Positions 1-7,340 of a stretch of DNA of 12,917 nt are shown piece by piece. The DNA comes from an uncultured archaeon (lineage in GTDB: Archaea > Asgardarchaeota > Thorarchaeia > Thorarchaeales > Thorarchaeaceae). The stretch covers positions 1 through 12,917 of the forward strand of contig CAZYLT010000034.1 in assembly GCA_964648855.1 (NCBI GenBank). The letters run 5' to 3'. The notes under the pieces are model-generated. The model made no database searches. It had not been told where the DNA came from and was given only the letters and a program-made list of their open reading frames with translations. The translations under genes were made by a program, and so were the position numbers. Numbering within the stretch: position 1 is the stretch's first letter; each line of letters opens with the position of its first letter.

Positions 1-2
1 AC

Positions 3-329
3 CCTTCTCACGATGTTCTCATGGTGGATTCTAAAGATCGTACGCAAGTGGCTCTCATCTGGCTGTGTAATCGAGCGCCTTTCTGGCGATTCAAATCTCA
101 ACTCACTTGGATATACAATCTGCATGTGGTGCCGGCATTTAGAGGGCGGAGAATAGGACGAATGCTTTTACAAGAGGCGGAGAAATGGACAAGAAAAGGA
201 GGGATTGATACAATAACCCTTCACGTCATCGAATGGAATACGGCAGCGCGACACCTATACGAGTCCATGGGATATGAATTGGTCCGCACTCATAATGAGA
301 GCTGTTTCTACGAGAAAAAGATTGTTTAA
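3..329 (+). CDS. GNAT family N-acetyltransferase, 5'-partial
   Basis: Acetyl-CoA motif A (LHVVPAFRGRRIGRMLL) and motif B (LHVIEWNTAARHLYESMGY). The frame is open from the window edge (PSHDVLMVD...), so the real start probably lies upstream. Confidence 0.9.
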   Translation, partial: PSHDVLMVDSKDRTQVALIWLCNRAPFWRFKSQLTWIYNLHVVPAFRGRRIGRMLLQEAEKWTRKGGIDTITLHVIEWNTAARHLYESMGYELVRTHNESCFYEKKIV

Positions 330-440
330 CCATTCTATCACGGTCCGCTGAGTCAATTTCTCTCTACGGTGCCAATTTTATGTCCCCTGAGTATTCCTGT
401 CCACCAAAATGCAATCATACCCAGAATAAATGGGTCATGC

Positions 441-453
441 GGAAGTTTATAAG
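441..453 (+). promoter_or_regulatory. Putative archaeal BRE/TATA promoter for the SSB gene
   Basis: GGAAG-TTTATAAG, a purine-rich stretch followed by TTTATAA (446-452), in the intergenic region upstream of the SSB gene. Confidence 0.5.
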
Positions 454-582
454 TGACCTGAAAGAAAGTGAGAAATACAGAGCGGATAATTAGAGTCGAG
501 TAATTTCTAGAAGCGTACAAATTTGTGCAATTCTTTGGTACTTTTCTTATTGGAAGCTTGTTGTAACTATAAAGTGATACGA

Positions 583-1008
583 ATGTCTGAAGAAACTAAA
601 GATTTGGAAATCGCTGAGTTAGAGCCTAGAATGGGCGATATTAATGTCAAGTTCAAGGTCCTTGAAAAGGCCGAACCCAATGAGGTGACGTCACGAAGCG
701 ATGGTTCCACGCATCGTGTGTCGGATGCTACCGTTGGAGACACAACGGGTACTGTTGTAATCCCCCTCTGGGACGACACTATCGATCAAATGGAAATTGG
801 AAATACCTACGTTTTGAAAAATGCCCATACTGGACTATTCAGGGGTAATCTTCGTCTGAAGTTCGGACGCGAGAGCGTTCTTGAAGAAGCTGACGAAGCG
901 ATTGACGAAGTCAACGAAGAAAATAACATGTCTGAGGTTGACCATGGTCGTCGCAGACGTGACTACGGTGGCGGCAGAGGTCGTAGCTCTGGCGGTCGCA
1001 GTTGGTAA
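583..1008 (+). CDS. ssb: Single-stranded DNA-binding protein, single OB fold (crenarchaeal SSB/RPA-like) with Arg/Gly-rich tail
   Basis: INVKFKVLEK...VSDATVGDTTGTVVIPLWD...NAHTGLFRGNLRLKFGR is typical of archaeal OB-fold SSBs. C-terminal tail is RRRRDYGGGRGRSSGGRSW. ATG at 583 follows an AGTGAT RBS and is preferred over the ORF-track start at 523. Confidence 0.88.
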   Translation: MSEETKDLEIAELEPRMGDINVKFKVLEKAEPNEVTSRSDGSTHRVSDATVGDTTGTVVIPLWDDTIDQMEIGNTYVLKNAHTGLFRGNLRLKFGRESVLEEADEAIDEVNEENNMSEVDHGRRRRDYGGGRGRSSGGRSW

Positions 1009-1029
1009 GATTCGAAATCAAGCGTAAAC

Positions 1030-1064
1030 TCCGGAGACCAGTCTCCGGGAACTACTATTTTTTT
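1030..1064 (+). terminator. Stem-loop plus T-tract between convergent genes
   Basis: CCGGAGAC (1031-1038) and GTCTCCGG (1041-1048) form a perfect inverted repeat, followed by T7 at 1058-1064. Confidence 0.6.
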
Positions 1065-1890
1065 AGATACTGGATGTTGCATCAATTATCTGGAGGACCC
1101 TCTTCCAGAACCCTGATGGATTATCGTCATGCATGGCATGTCCCGCCTTAGGTACGTACAGCACTGGCAAACCATTTTGCCTAACCAGTCTTTCCGAAGA
1201 GAACATCCCCTTATTCTTCTCCCCAAATATGAAGTATTTTGGTCCTTCAAAGGCATCTTGAAGACGATTGAGAAGATTCCCTTCCTTGGATATCTTTACC
1301 AAATCTCTGCTGGATGCCCATACAGTGAAGCTTCCCGCCTTGCCTAATGCTTCTACCCAAGAACGCATCGATGTTTCTTGAGTGGTCCTCAGTACTTTTT
1401 CGACCCAAGGTAGAAACTCCTTCTGGTACTCCTCAAATGATTGTTCAGCCACCTTAGATGAGAAGAAGGCATCTCCAGTATCCAAGTTTCCCTCAAGGTA
1501 AAGAAGTAGAGTTGGCTCAATCATTGCTGAGCCGGGCTGTTTCAATAGCTCTAATAGTGAGATTGCTATTGGTCCTCCCATCGAATGGGCTATTACCCTT
1601 ACTCGATTCACTTTCTCCCTCTTGAGAATGCCTTCCAAGTACTTCGCTTGTTTCTCCATTGTGTATGCTTTTTGATTCCGGGGTTTTGACGAGTTTCCAT
1701 GCCCCATTAGATCCGGTACTATCCACGAGTAGCGGTTCAGTTCAAATCTCGCAAAATGGTCATGGAACCAGTTCTTATTATATCCAAGACCATGAATATA
1801 TAGGTTTACAGGAGATTGACTTGAGGGTATGTATGAGCAATATTCGAGTTCTCCATACTCTGAATCTATTCGTTTCATTTCCAGCTTCAT
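1063..1890 (-). CDS. Alpha/beta fold hydrolase
   Basis: HGLG oxyanion motif, PDLMGHGNS, nucleophile elbow AHSMGG, and C-terminal catalytic His in AGHAMH. Confidence 0.92.
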   Translation of the reverse strand: MKLEMKRIDSEYGELEYCSYIPSSQSPVNLYIHGLGYNKNWFHDHFARFELNRYSWIVPDLMGHGNSSKPRNQKAYTMEKQAKYLEGILKREKVNRVRVIAHSMGGPIAISLLELLKQPGSAMIEPTLLLYLEGNLDTGDAFFSSKVAEQSFEEYQKEFLPWVEKVLRTTQETSMRSWVEALGKAGSFTVWASSRDLVKISKEGNLLNRLQDAFEGPKYFIFGEKNKGMFSSERLVRQNGLPVLYVPKAGHAMHDDNPSGFWKRVLQIIDATSSI

Positions 1891-2018
1891 AAAGGATAAA
1901 CTCCCTTCAAGTTAATATGGGTGGCAGAATATTGTCATTATTGAACCCTAAAAACTGTCGCGATTGAAAAGGGCAATATCCATCTCTTTAAGGACATATG
2001 TGATAAGAATTCTAAGAG

Positions 2019-3053
2019 TTGATAGATTTGGCACTCACTTCCGATCAAAGAACCCGGTTTTCCCGAATGCTTGCTTTGCCAAACATAGATGAACAGGCCA
2101 TGCAGTCAATCATCGATACACATGTCACTGTGGTGGGGGCTGGTGGACTAGGTAGTCCTATCCTGCGACTTCTGACTGCTATTGGGTTTGGTACTATCCG
2201 AGTGATTGACCATGACATAGTTGACCTCTCAAACCTTCAGCGTCAAACCATATACACTACTGCTGATATCGGAACTCCAAAGGCAGAAACAGCAGTATCC
2301 AATCTTGCACCGATGAATCCCGATGTGGTCTTTGAGCCTTATAGTGTAACAATTCGTGAGGATAATGCTCGTGATCTGCTGAGAGGAACAGGTATCATTC
2401 TTGATGGGTTGGATTCGATTAGAGCGAGGCGAGCCGTCAACAAAGCTAGTCAAGAGCTACGTATTCCATATGTGTATGCAGGTGCCATTCAGTATTACGC
2501 TAATATCTCTACTTTCGTCCCAGGCGAAACCGGGTGCCTGCAATGCCTCTTAGGTGACACCGAAGATTCTCCTGAAATGACCTGTGAGAATGTTGGAGTC
2601 ACTCCGACGATACTCTCTCTGGCTGCCTCAATCGAGGTTCAAGAGGCAATAATGATATCAACACAGAAGGAGCCCAGTCTTGCTAACCATCTTCTACATA
2701 TGGATGTCAATCAACTTAGTTTTGACCGATTTGCCATACACAGGAATGAGGACTGTCCCGTCTGTTCGAAGGTCCTCTCAGATGAATCTACTGAGGATGA
2801 TGATTTTCTGGTGTCCATCTTATGCACTGGAAGTTTCAGTATATCGCCGCCTACTCGGCGCAAGATTGACTTTCATGCAGTAGCAGGGAAATTACCCGCG
2901 GACTACAAATCAGTGGTCACTGAGGCATTTCTCAAGGTAATAGAGGATGATGGAATTACAATAACCCTCATGCCCAAGGGGAATGCCGTCGTTGAAGGCG
3001 TCACAAACGCAAAAGAGGCGTTACATGAATACAAACAGCTGCTTGATATGTAA
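2019..3053 (+). CDS. ThiF/MoeB/HesA family adenylyltransferase (E1-like) with extra C-terminal domain
   Basis: GAGGLG nucleotide-binding loop, DHDIVDLSNLQRQ, Zn-binding CLQC and CPVC, and candidate catalytic Cys in TCENVG. The start may be the TTG at 2028. Confidence 0.93.
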   Translation: MIDLALTSDQRTRFSRMLALPNIDEQAMQSIIDTHVTVVGAGGLGSPILRLLTAIGFGTIRVIDHDIVDLSNLQRQTIYTTADIGTPKAETAVSNLAPMNPDVVFEPYSVTIREDNARDLLRGTGIILDGLDSIRARRAVNKASQELRIPYVYAGAIQYYANISTFVPGETGCLQCLLGDTEDSPEMTCENVGVTPTILSLAASIEVQEAIMISTQKEPSLANHLLHMDVNQLSFDRFAIHRNEDCPVCSKVLSDESTEDDDFLVSILCTGSFSISPPTRRKIDFHAVAGKLPADYKSVVTEAFLKVIEDDGITITLMPKGNAVVEGVTNAKEALHEYKQLLDM

Positions 3054-3064
3054 TGAACAGAAGT

Positions 3065-3376
3065 CTAGTCACGATCGTGTAGTTTATGCTTAATCCACCT
3101 TATAGGAGCTGTAAACAACATTCGTGGGCCAGCGAAACGCATCACTGCCTTGACTCTTTCTCTATAAGCAGGACTGTAACAGTGAGTATCACATCTTCTG
3201 CATGTTGGTTTATCGTTGCTGTATCTACAATGATCCAGACGAGAATGTGCATAACGGAGAAGATCTTCACAGTCTTGACAAAGCCCATTGGACTCGTGTT
3301 TACAATCACAATAGTAGCGAATCATTATCTCAATGGTTCTTTTTTCTTCAGCAATTCGTCCTTTTTCATCCGTCAT
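3065..3376 (-). CDS. YgbA-like (nitrous oxide-stimulated promoter family) Cys-rich protein
   Basis: EKRTIEIMIRYYC...LCQDCEDLLRYAHSRLDHC...KPTCRRCDTHCYSPAYRERVKAVMRFAGPRM matches the family pattern. Confidence 0.88.
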   Translation of the reverse strand: MTDEKGRIAEEKRTIEIMIRYYCDCKHESNGLCQDCEDLLRYAHSRLDHCRYSNDKPTCRRCDTHCYSPAYRERVKAVMRFAGPRMLFTAPIRWIKHKLHDRD

Positions 3377-3559
3377 ATCTCAATCGCTCGTATTTCTTAG
3401 TATATCCTTCAATATCAATTCGTAGCTAGCGGCTGTGCTTCTGTGAAGTTAACGCTCAATCAAGCGGCTGTCACATAACCGTGTCTCGCTACCTTTTTTT
3501 GTGTATCAGAAAGAGTGATTAGGAGTGTTATGCACTACTGATTCAATTTGGTGAATTCA

Positions 3560-3928
3560 ATGACTGAGATACCTATGGCTGAACCCGGTCCTAGCGGGGA
3601 AAAGCCATCCGAACAACCGATGGAGGTCAAGATTGCAGTCGTTCTGCTGTTGGTAAATGCTCTTCTGGGGCTCTTTGCTGGTGCTCTAGGTCTTGCAATC
3701 TGGGAAGACGCGACCTCTGCGATTGGTTTTCTCCTAGCAGTTTTTGCTCTCTGGATTGCGAGAGGATTATGGAATATGGAAGAATGGGCTTGGAATTGGG
3801 CTGTCATAGTCAATATCGTAGCAATTCCCTTGTACCTACTATCAATCTTCTGGTTAGAGGGGTCTATACTAAGCATCCTGACATTAGTGTACCTGAATAT
3901 TCCTGCTGTAAAAGAATCAATGGCGTAA
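3560..3928 (+). CDS. Small integral membrane protein (about 4 TM helices), unknown function
   Basis: Hydrophobic segments and a GLWNMEEWAW motif. GGTGA RBS at 3550-3554 precedes ATG 3560. Confidence 0.8.
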   Translation: MTEIPMAEPGPSGEKPSEQPMEVKIAVVLLLVNALLGLFAGALGLAIWEDATSAIGFLLAVFALWIARGLWNMEEWAWNWAVIVNIVAIPLYLLSIFWLEGSILSILTLVYLNIPAVKESMA

Positions 3929-3936
3929 AGGTCCAT

Positions 3937-3970
3937 GAGGGGGCAGAGAACCCCTCTCCTTGTTTTTCTC
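3937..3970 (+). terminator. Possible terminator hairpin plus T-rich tract
   Basis: GAGGGG (3937-3942) pairs with CCCCTC (3951-3956), followed by TCCTTGTTTTT, just after the stop at 3928. Confidence 0.45.
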
Positions 3971-4602
3971 TCAAGTGTCCCTTTTTATGAACAGGAATAA
4001 GTCAAATGATTGACTACAGCATCTCAATTTTCCGAAGACTATTTCGAAAGAACCATCACTTATGCATAATATTTAGAAGACAAACATGACTCGATTGAAA
4101 TTTCTTGGAACTCGTGCGAATACGGATGCTACTAGCCCCTATCATTCAAAACATTCGGGAATTCTTCTTAACGAGAAAATTCTCTTCGATTTGGGGGAAG
4201 ACGAGTTTCTTCAATATGAACCGGAAGTCATCTTCATAACTCATCTCCATCCTGACCATGCTGTCTTCATTCTCGAAGATATTGAGATAAAGGTACCAGT
4301 CTATGCACCTGAAGAGTCTGATGAGATTGAGATCAGGGTCATGCCTGATATTGTCGAACGTGAAACATGTGCGGTATTCTCAATACCGACAATTCATAGC
4401 AAATTAGTGAGATCACAAGTATATCTCATAGAAGGCGAACACAGGATTCTTTACACTGGAGATATGGTCTGGATCGAGAAGAAACATCATGATGCTTGTG
4501 GAGAACTTGATCTGGTAATCACTGATGGGAGTTTCCTTAGAGAGGGCGGTAGAGTGACGGGGGATAAAGAAGGCAGTATTTGGGGGCACAAAGGCATAAA
4601 CT

Positions 4603-4640
4603 ATTTCTGACAGATTGAGTGACCTCAACGTGTCTGAAAT
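4603..4640. repeat. Subterminal imperfect palindrome of the element
   Basis: ATTTCTGACA-GA-TTGAG-TGAC-CTCAA-CG-TGTCTGAAAT, with one mismatch in the outer stem and a 2x2 internal loop. Confidence 0.8.
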
Positions 4641-4750
4641 TTCTGTGTTCCACCCTTCCCCTGCCAGCGTCACCGCCCCCAGCGTACCCGAAGGCCACTG
4701 AGTCAGCAGGGGCTTTGTCCATGGTCATCGGGATGGTATCCCTCCCATGG
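4603..4750 (-). ncRNA. Putative structured RNA module within the element
   Basis: On the minus strand CCCCUGCU/GGCAGGGG closes a junction containing a cUUCGg hairpin and a GUGA (GNRA) hairpin. Several G-U pairs work only on the minus strand. Expression is not shown and boundaries are uncertain. Confidence 0.45.
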
Positions 4751-5407
4751 TCCTGGTCTCTTCCTCCTGTGTTGGTGCTGATGCATAACTCTCAGCCACA
4801 GCGAGGCTTTCCACAGTTCTTCCCACGGCGGGTTCATGATCACCCTTCCTGGCTCCGTCACCGAAGGCAGCAAGACTCGTCTGAGCATGGTGAACAGCCG
4901 CGGACTCTCCGGGAGATGATGTTCTCCTTTCCTTGGAGAGTAAGGACCTCCGTCAAGAAGTCGTGGACTTCCCTCAGGCTTTCGGCAGCGAGCTCCGCGA
5001 GATGTTGGTGGCCCACTCACCTAGTCCAGTAGTGAGTCTGACTGGGGCCATTTAAGCTCCCACAGAATTCATGGTGAGCACAGCCAGAGGAAAATCTGAC
5101 ACTTCTATTGGATAATTTAACTAGAAAACGAGGGGGTATTGCATAATTCCTGATTTGGTAGAGTTCTTCAAGCCTTATACAAATCATATTGTCTTTACGC
5201 ATCTAGGAAAATGGTTTTACGGAAATGCATCGGAATCCAGAAGAAAAGTAAAGTCATTATCAAGACAGGTACACATAGACCTCGCTTATGATGCAATGCT
5301 TCTCGATTTGGAATAGATTGGTTAAGAAAATCCATCCAAGAGCACTTTATCACAACAATCAAATCAATTCCCTTGTAACATACTCAAACACACTTGAGGA
5401 ATGAACG

Positions 5408-5692
5408 ATGACTGAGATTCATTTGTATGGACGACTGAGACAGCTTGTCCCAGATAGCAGAGCAAGTGAAGAAACCGTCTTACATATTGAATTAGAGGGG
5501 AAATGCTCCCTTGAGGAGCTGATTACAAAATTGGATCTAAAAGCCAGTGATGTTGGTGATTGTTTCATCAGTGGCATGCTGGCAGAGATGCATGATATGG
5601 TGATAGATGCTGACAGAGTCGGTCTTTTCCCATTCAATATGAGACTCATAGACGGTGCACTGCATCTCAAATACCATCCTAATCGCAGATGA
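5408..5692 (+). CDS. MoaD/ThiS-like ubiquitin-like (beta-grasp) protein with C-terminal extension
   Basis: IHLYGRLRQ...SLEELITKLDL...FISG...DADRVGLFP fits the beta-grasp sulfur-carrier/SAMP pattern. GAGGA RBS upstream. No terminal GG. Confidence 0.75.
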   Translation: MTEIHLYGRLRQLVPDSRASEETVLHIELEGKCSLEELITKLDLKASDVGDCFISGMLAEMHDMVIDADRVGLFPFNMRLIDGALHLKYHPNRR

Positions 5693-5695
5693 GTT

Positions 5696-7225
5696 TCATG
5701 TGTTTACATTAGAACTACTTCTACTTTCATCCATCTCGTGTTTCTTCTTGGGCTTACGTCGTCGCATTATTTTGAAGGGTGTCTGAAACGCCTCACGGAG
5801 CCCATCAACGGTTGACAATAGCCTAACATTTTGTCTTGTTTCAGCCAGAATGGCATCAATCACAATCCGGTCTTCAACCTCTCCTGCTTCCTTCACCAAG
5901 GCCAGTCTATGAAGCGCTAGAAATCCTAGTGCTACGGATATCAGAAACAGGAAATCCAGTCCCATCAAGTGGTAGGTATGAATGACGGTAGTTCCACCAG
6001 GACTCACAAATGAAATTGAAAAGAAAATCTCCTGAAAAGCAAAAAAATCCGCCAGCACCCCTCCAACCAATGGTGCCACAGTACCTGCAACTGCTATGCA
6101 CGCTCCCCTTGCTGCCAAGTATTCTGGAGCCTGTCTTCTTGGGGCTAGCTTGAGTCCAATATTGCTTGATGCCAGAGTCACTCCTGCTGCTGACAGTCCG
6201 GTCAGAAAATGTACAAGAATCATCATTGGGAGGGCAATGAAGTAGGCTTGCGCCAAGGACCCAAATGTCCATAGGAATGTACCCACCATGAATATTGGCA
6301 CAGTCACCCTCATAACGGACTTGTTGCTGAATCTATCCGAATACTTTCCCCAAAATCCAAAGAAAATAATGCTTACAAGTTGAGTCAAGGCTGACAACAT
6401 GGCAACAATCGGCATTGGAAAAGCAAATGTATTGATTAGATACACAGGGAAAAACGGGGATACCAGTGCCGTACTGAAACTCCATACCAATGAAAACCAG
6501 ATTAGATTTCTGAAGTTCGCGTCTTGAAATGGCTCTGAAACTATCTCCGAGAATCTCTTTTTTTCGGGGCGGGTGGCTATTCGCGGCTCGGGTGTTGTTG
6601 AAGTGTAGTAGGTTGCCACGAGTCCTGCTAGAAAGGCGAAGACAAATAGAATCGAGTAGCCCATTTCTGGCTGAATCGGAAATTGGTCGGTCCAATAGCC
6701 AATGAAAAATCCTCCTAGGATTGACGCTGCTACAGCTACTGCTCCACTTAGCGCCATTCTTCTAGAAAAGAATCTTCCTAACCTATCCTGTGGCACAAGA
6801 TCCCGAAGCCAAGAATTCCAACCTGGCGAACCTAATGCCGTGAAAAGAGATTGACTTGCGACTGCTATTACGAGCAACCCAATCCCGACAGCTCCAGTTG
6901 CAATGAATGGTACTGATGCCATCAGGAGCACACCTACTCTATTTCCCAATTGTGTAAGCAGATTGATTTTTTTCCTGACTCCAATTTTATCCAGAATATA
7001 GACTGCAGGTATCTGAAGGAGTTGAGTTATGGCAGGGACGGCAGCAAGAACTCCTATCACAGTATTAGATGCACCTAGAAGCAGAGCAAAGGCCACCAGA
7101 AAGACACTCTCAGTTAGAGTAAGACGAACTTGAGCAGCTATCCCCTGTTTCACCATCTGATTCAGAGCCCGTCTTGTTTCTTCCTCCGTAAGAGAGTCTT
7201 TCACTTCATATCTCACTTCTATCAC
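5696..7225 (-). CDS. MFS transporter
   Basis: About 12 TM segments, with WLRDLVPQDRLGRFFSRR and WGKYSDRFSNK loop motifs. The exact start is uncertain. Confidence 0.9.
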   Translation of the reverse strand: MIEVRYEVKDSLTEEETRRALNQMVKQGIAAQVRLTLTESVFLVAFALLLGASNTVIGVLAAVPAITQLLQIPAVYILDKIGVRKKINLLTQLGNRVGVLLMASVPFIATGAVGIGLLVIAVASQSLFTALGSPGWNSWLRDLVPQDRLGRFFSRRMALSGAVAVAASILGGFFIGYWTDQFPIQPEMGYSILFVFAFLAGLVATYYTSTTPEPRIATRPEKKRFSEIVSEPFQDANFRNLIWFSLVWSFSTALVSPFFPVYLINTFAFPMPIVAMLSALTQLVSIIFFGFWGKYSDRFSNKSVMRVTVPIFMVGTFLWTFGSLAQAYFIALPMMILVHFLTGLSAAGVTLASSNIGLKLAPRRQAPEYLAARGACIAVAGTVAPLVGGVLADFFAFQEIFFSISFVSPGGTTVIHTYHLMGLDFLFLISVALGFLALHRLALVKEAGEVEDRIVIDAILAETRQNVRLLSTVDGLREAFQTPFKIMRRRKPKKKHEMDESRSSSNVNT

Positions 7226-7340
7226 ATCATCAATCGACCATCTAGCCCGATAACAATCCTAATGAAGATTGGCACAGTTTAACATCTTGGTAACTGAAAC
7301 TCTCTCGGGCAGTATTGAAAGCAGATGGCTCTAATCACAC

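Larger units (their letters stand above)
4596..5145. mobile_element. Non-autonomous ~550-bp insertion element of unassigned family (copy 1, complete)
   Basis: Interrupts a gene whose frame is restored by removing 550 bp (or 547 bp). The interior is visibly more GC-rich than the flanks. 4596-4639 is identical to 12874-12917. No recognisable transposase and no terminal inverted repeats. Confidence 0.88.
4086..5316 (+). pseudogene. MBL-fold metallo-hydrolase interrupted by a ~550-bp insertion (5' part 4086-4595, 3' part 5146-5316)
   Basis: The 5' part has FLGT, THLHPDH (HxHxDH), TIHS and YTGD, and ends ...IWGHKG before a premature TGA inside the insertion. From 5146 the sequence translates IPDLVEFFKPYTNHIVFTHLGKWFYGNASESRRKVKSLSRQVHIDLAYDAMLLDLE*, which supplies the missing xTH and AYD(G/A)M C-terminal MBL motifs. 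Confidence 0.9.

Noticed and set aside
3086-3990. Overlapping ORFs 3086-3400, 3202-3429, 3535-3936 and 3769-3990, plus similar shadow ORFs elsewhere in the track
   Set aside because: They are antisense or alternate-frame shadows of better supported genes and lack family motifs.
4608-4610. Selenocysteine or readthrough TGA in the MBL gene with a downstream hairpin
   Set aside because: The TGA and hairpin belong to the inserted element, since the same sequence occurs at 12874-12917. The true C-terminus lies 550 bp downstream in a different frame.
4596-4639. CRISPR repeat
   Set aside because: Only two copies 8.3 kb apart, with no spacer periodicity and no cas genes.
4960-4990. RNase P RNA (minus-strand GAGGGAAGTCC resembles the GAGGAAAGUCC motif)
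   Set aside because: The matching 3' P4/CR-V sequence was not found, and a multi-copy, gene-interrupting location is incompatible with rnpB.
4619-5032. 137-aa plus-strand ORF and the minus-strand ORFs 4413-4673, 4537-4728 and 5017-5202 as real genes
   Set aside because: They have low-complexity composition and no motifs, and the minus-strand ones straddle element/host junctions.
4596-5145. Group I or group II intron
   Set aside because: No GUGYG start or domain V, and no recognisable P/Q/R/S elements. The two copies lie in opposite orientations relative to their host genes.
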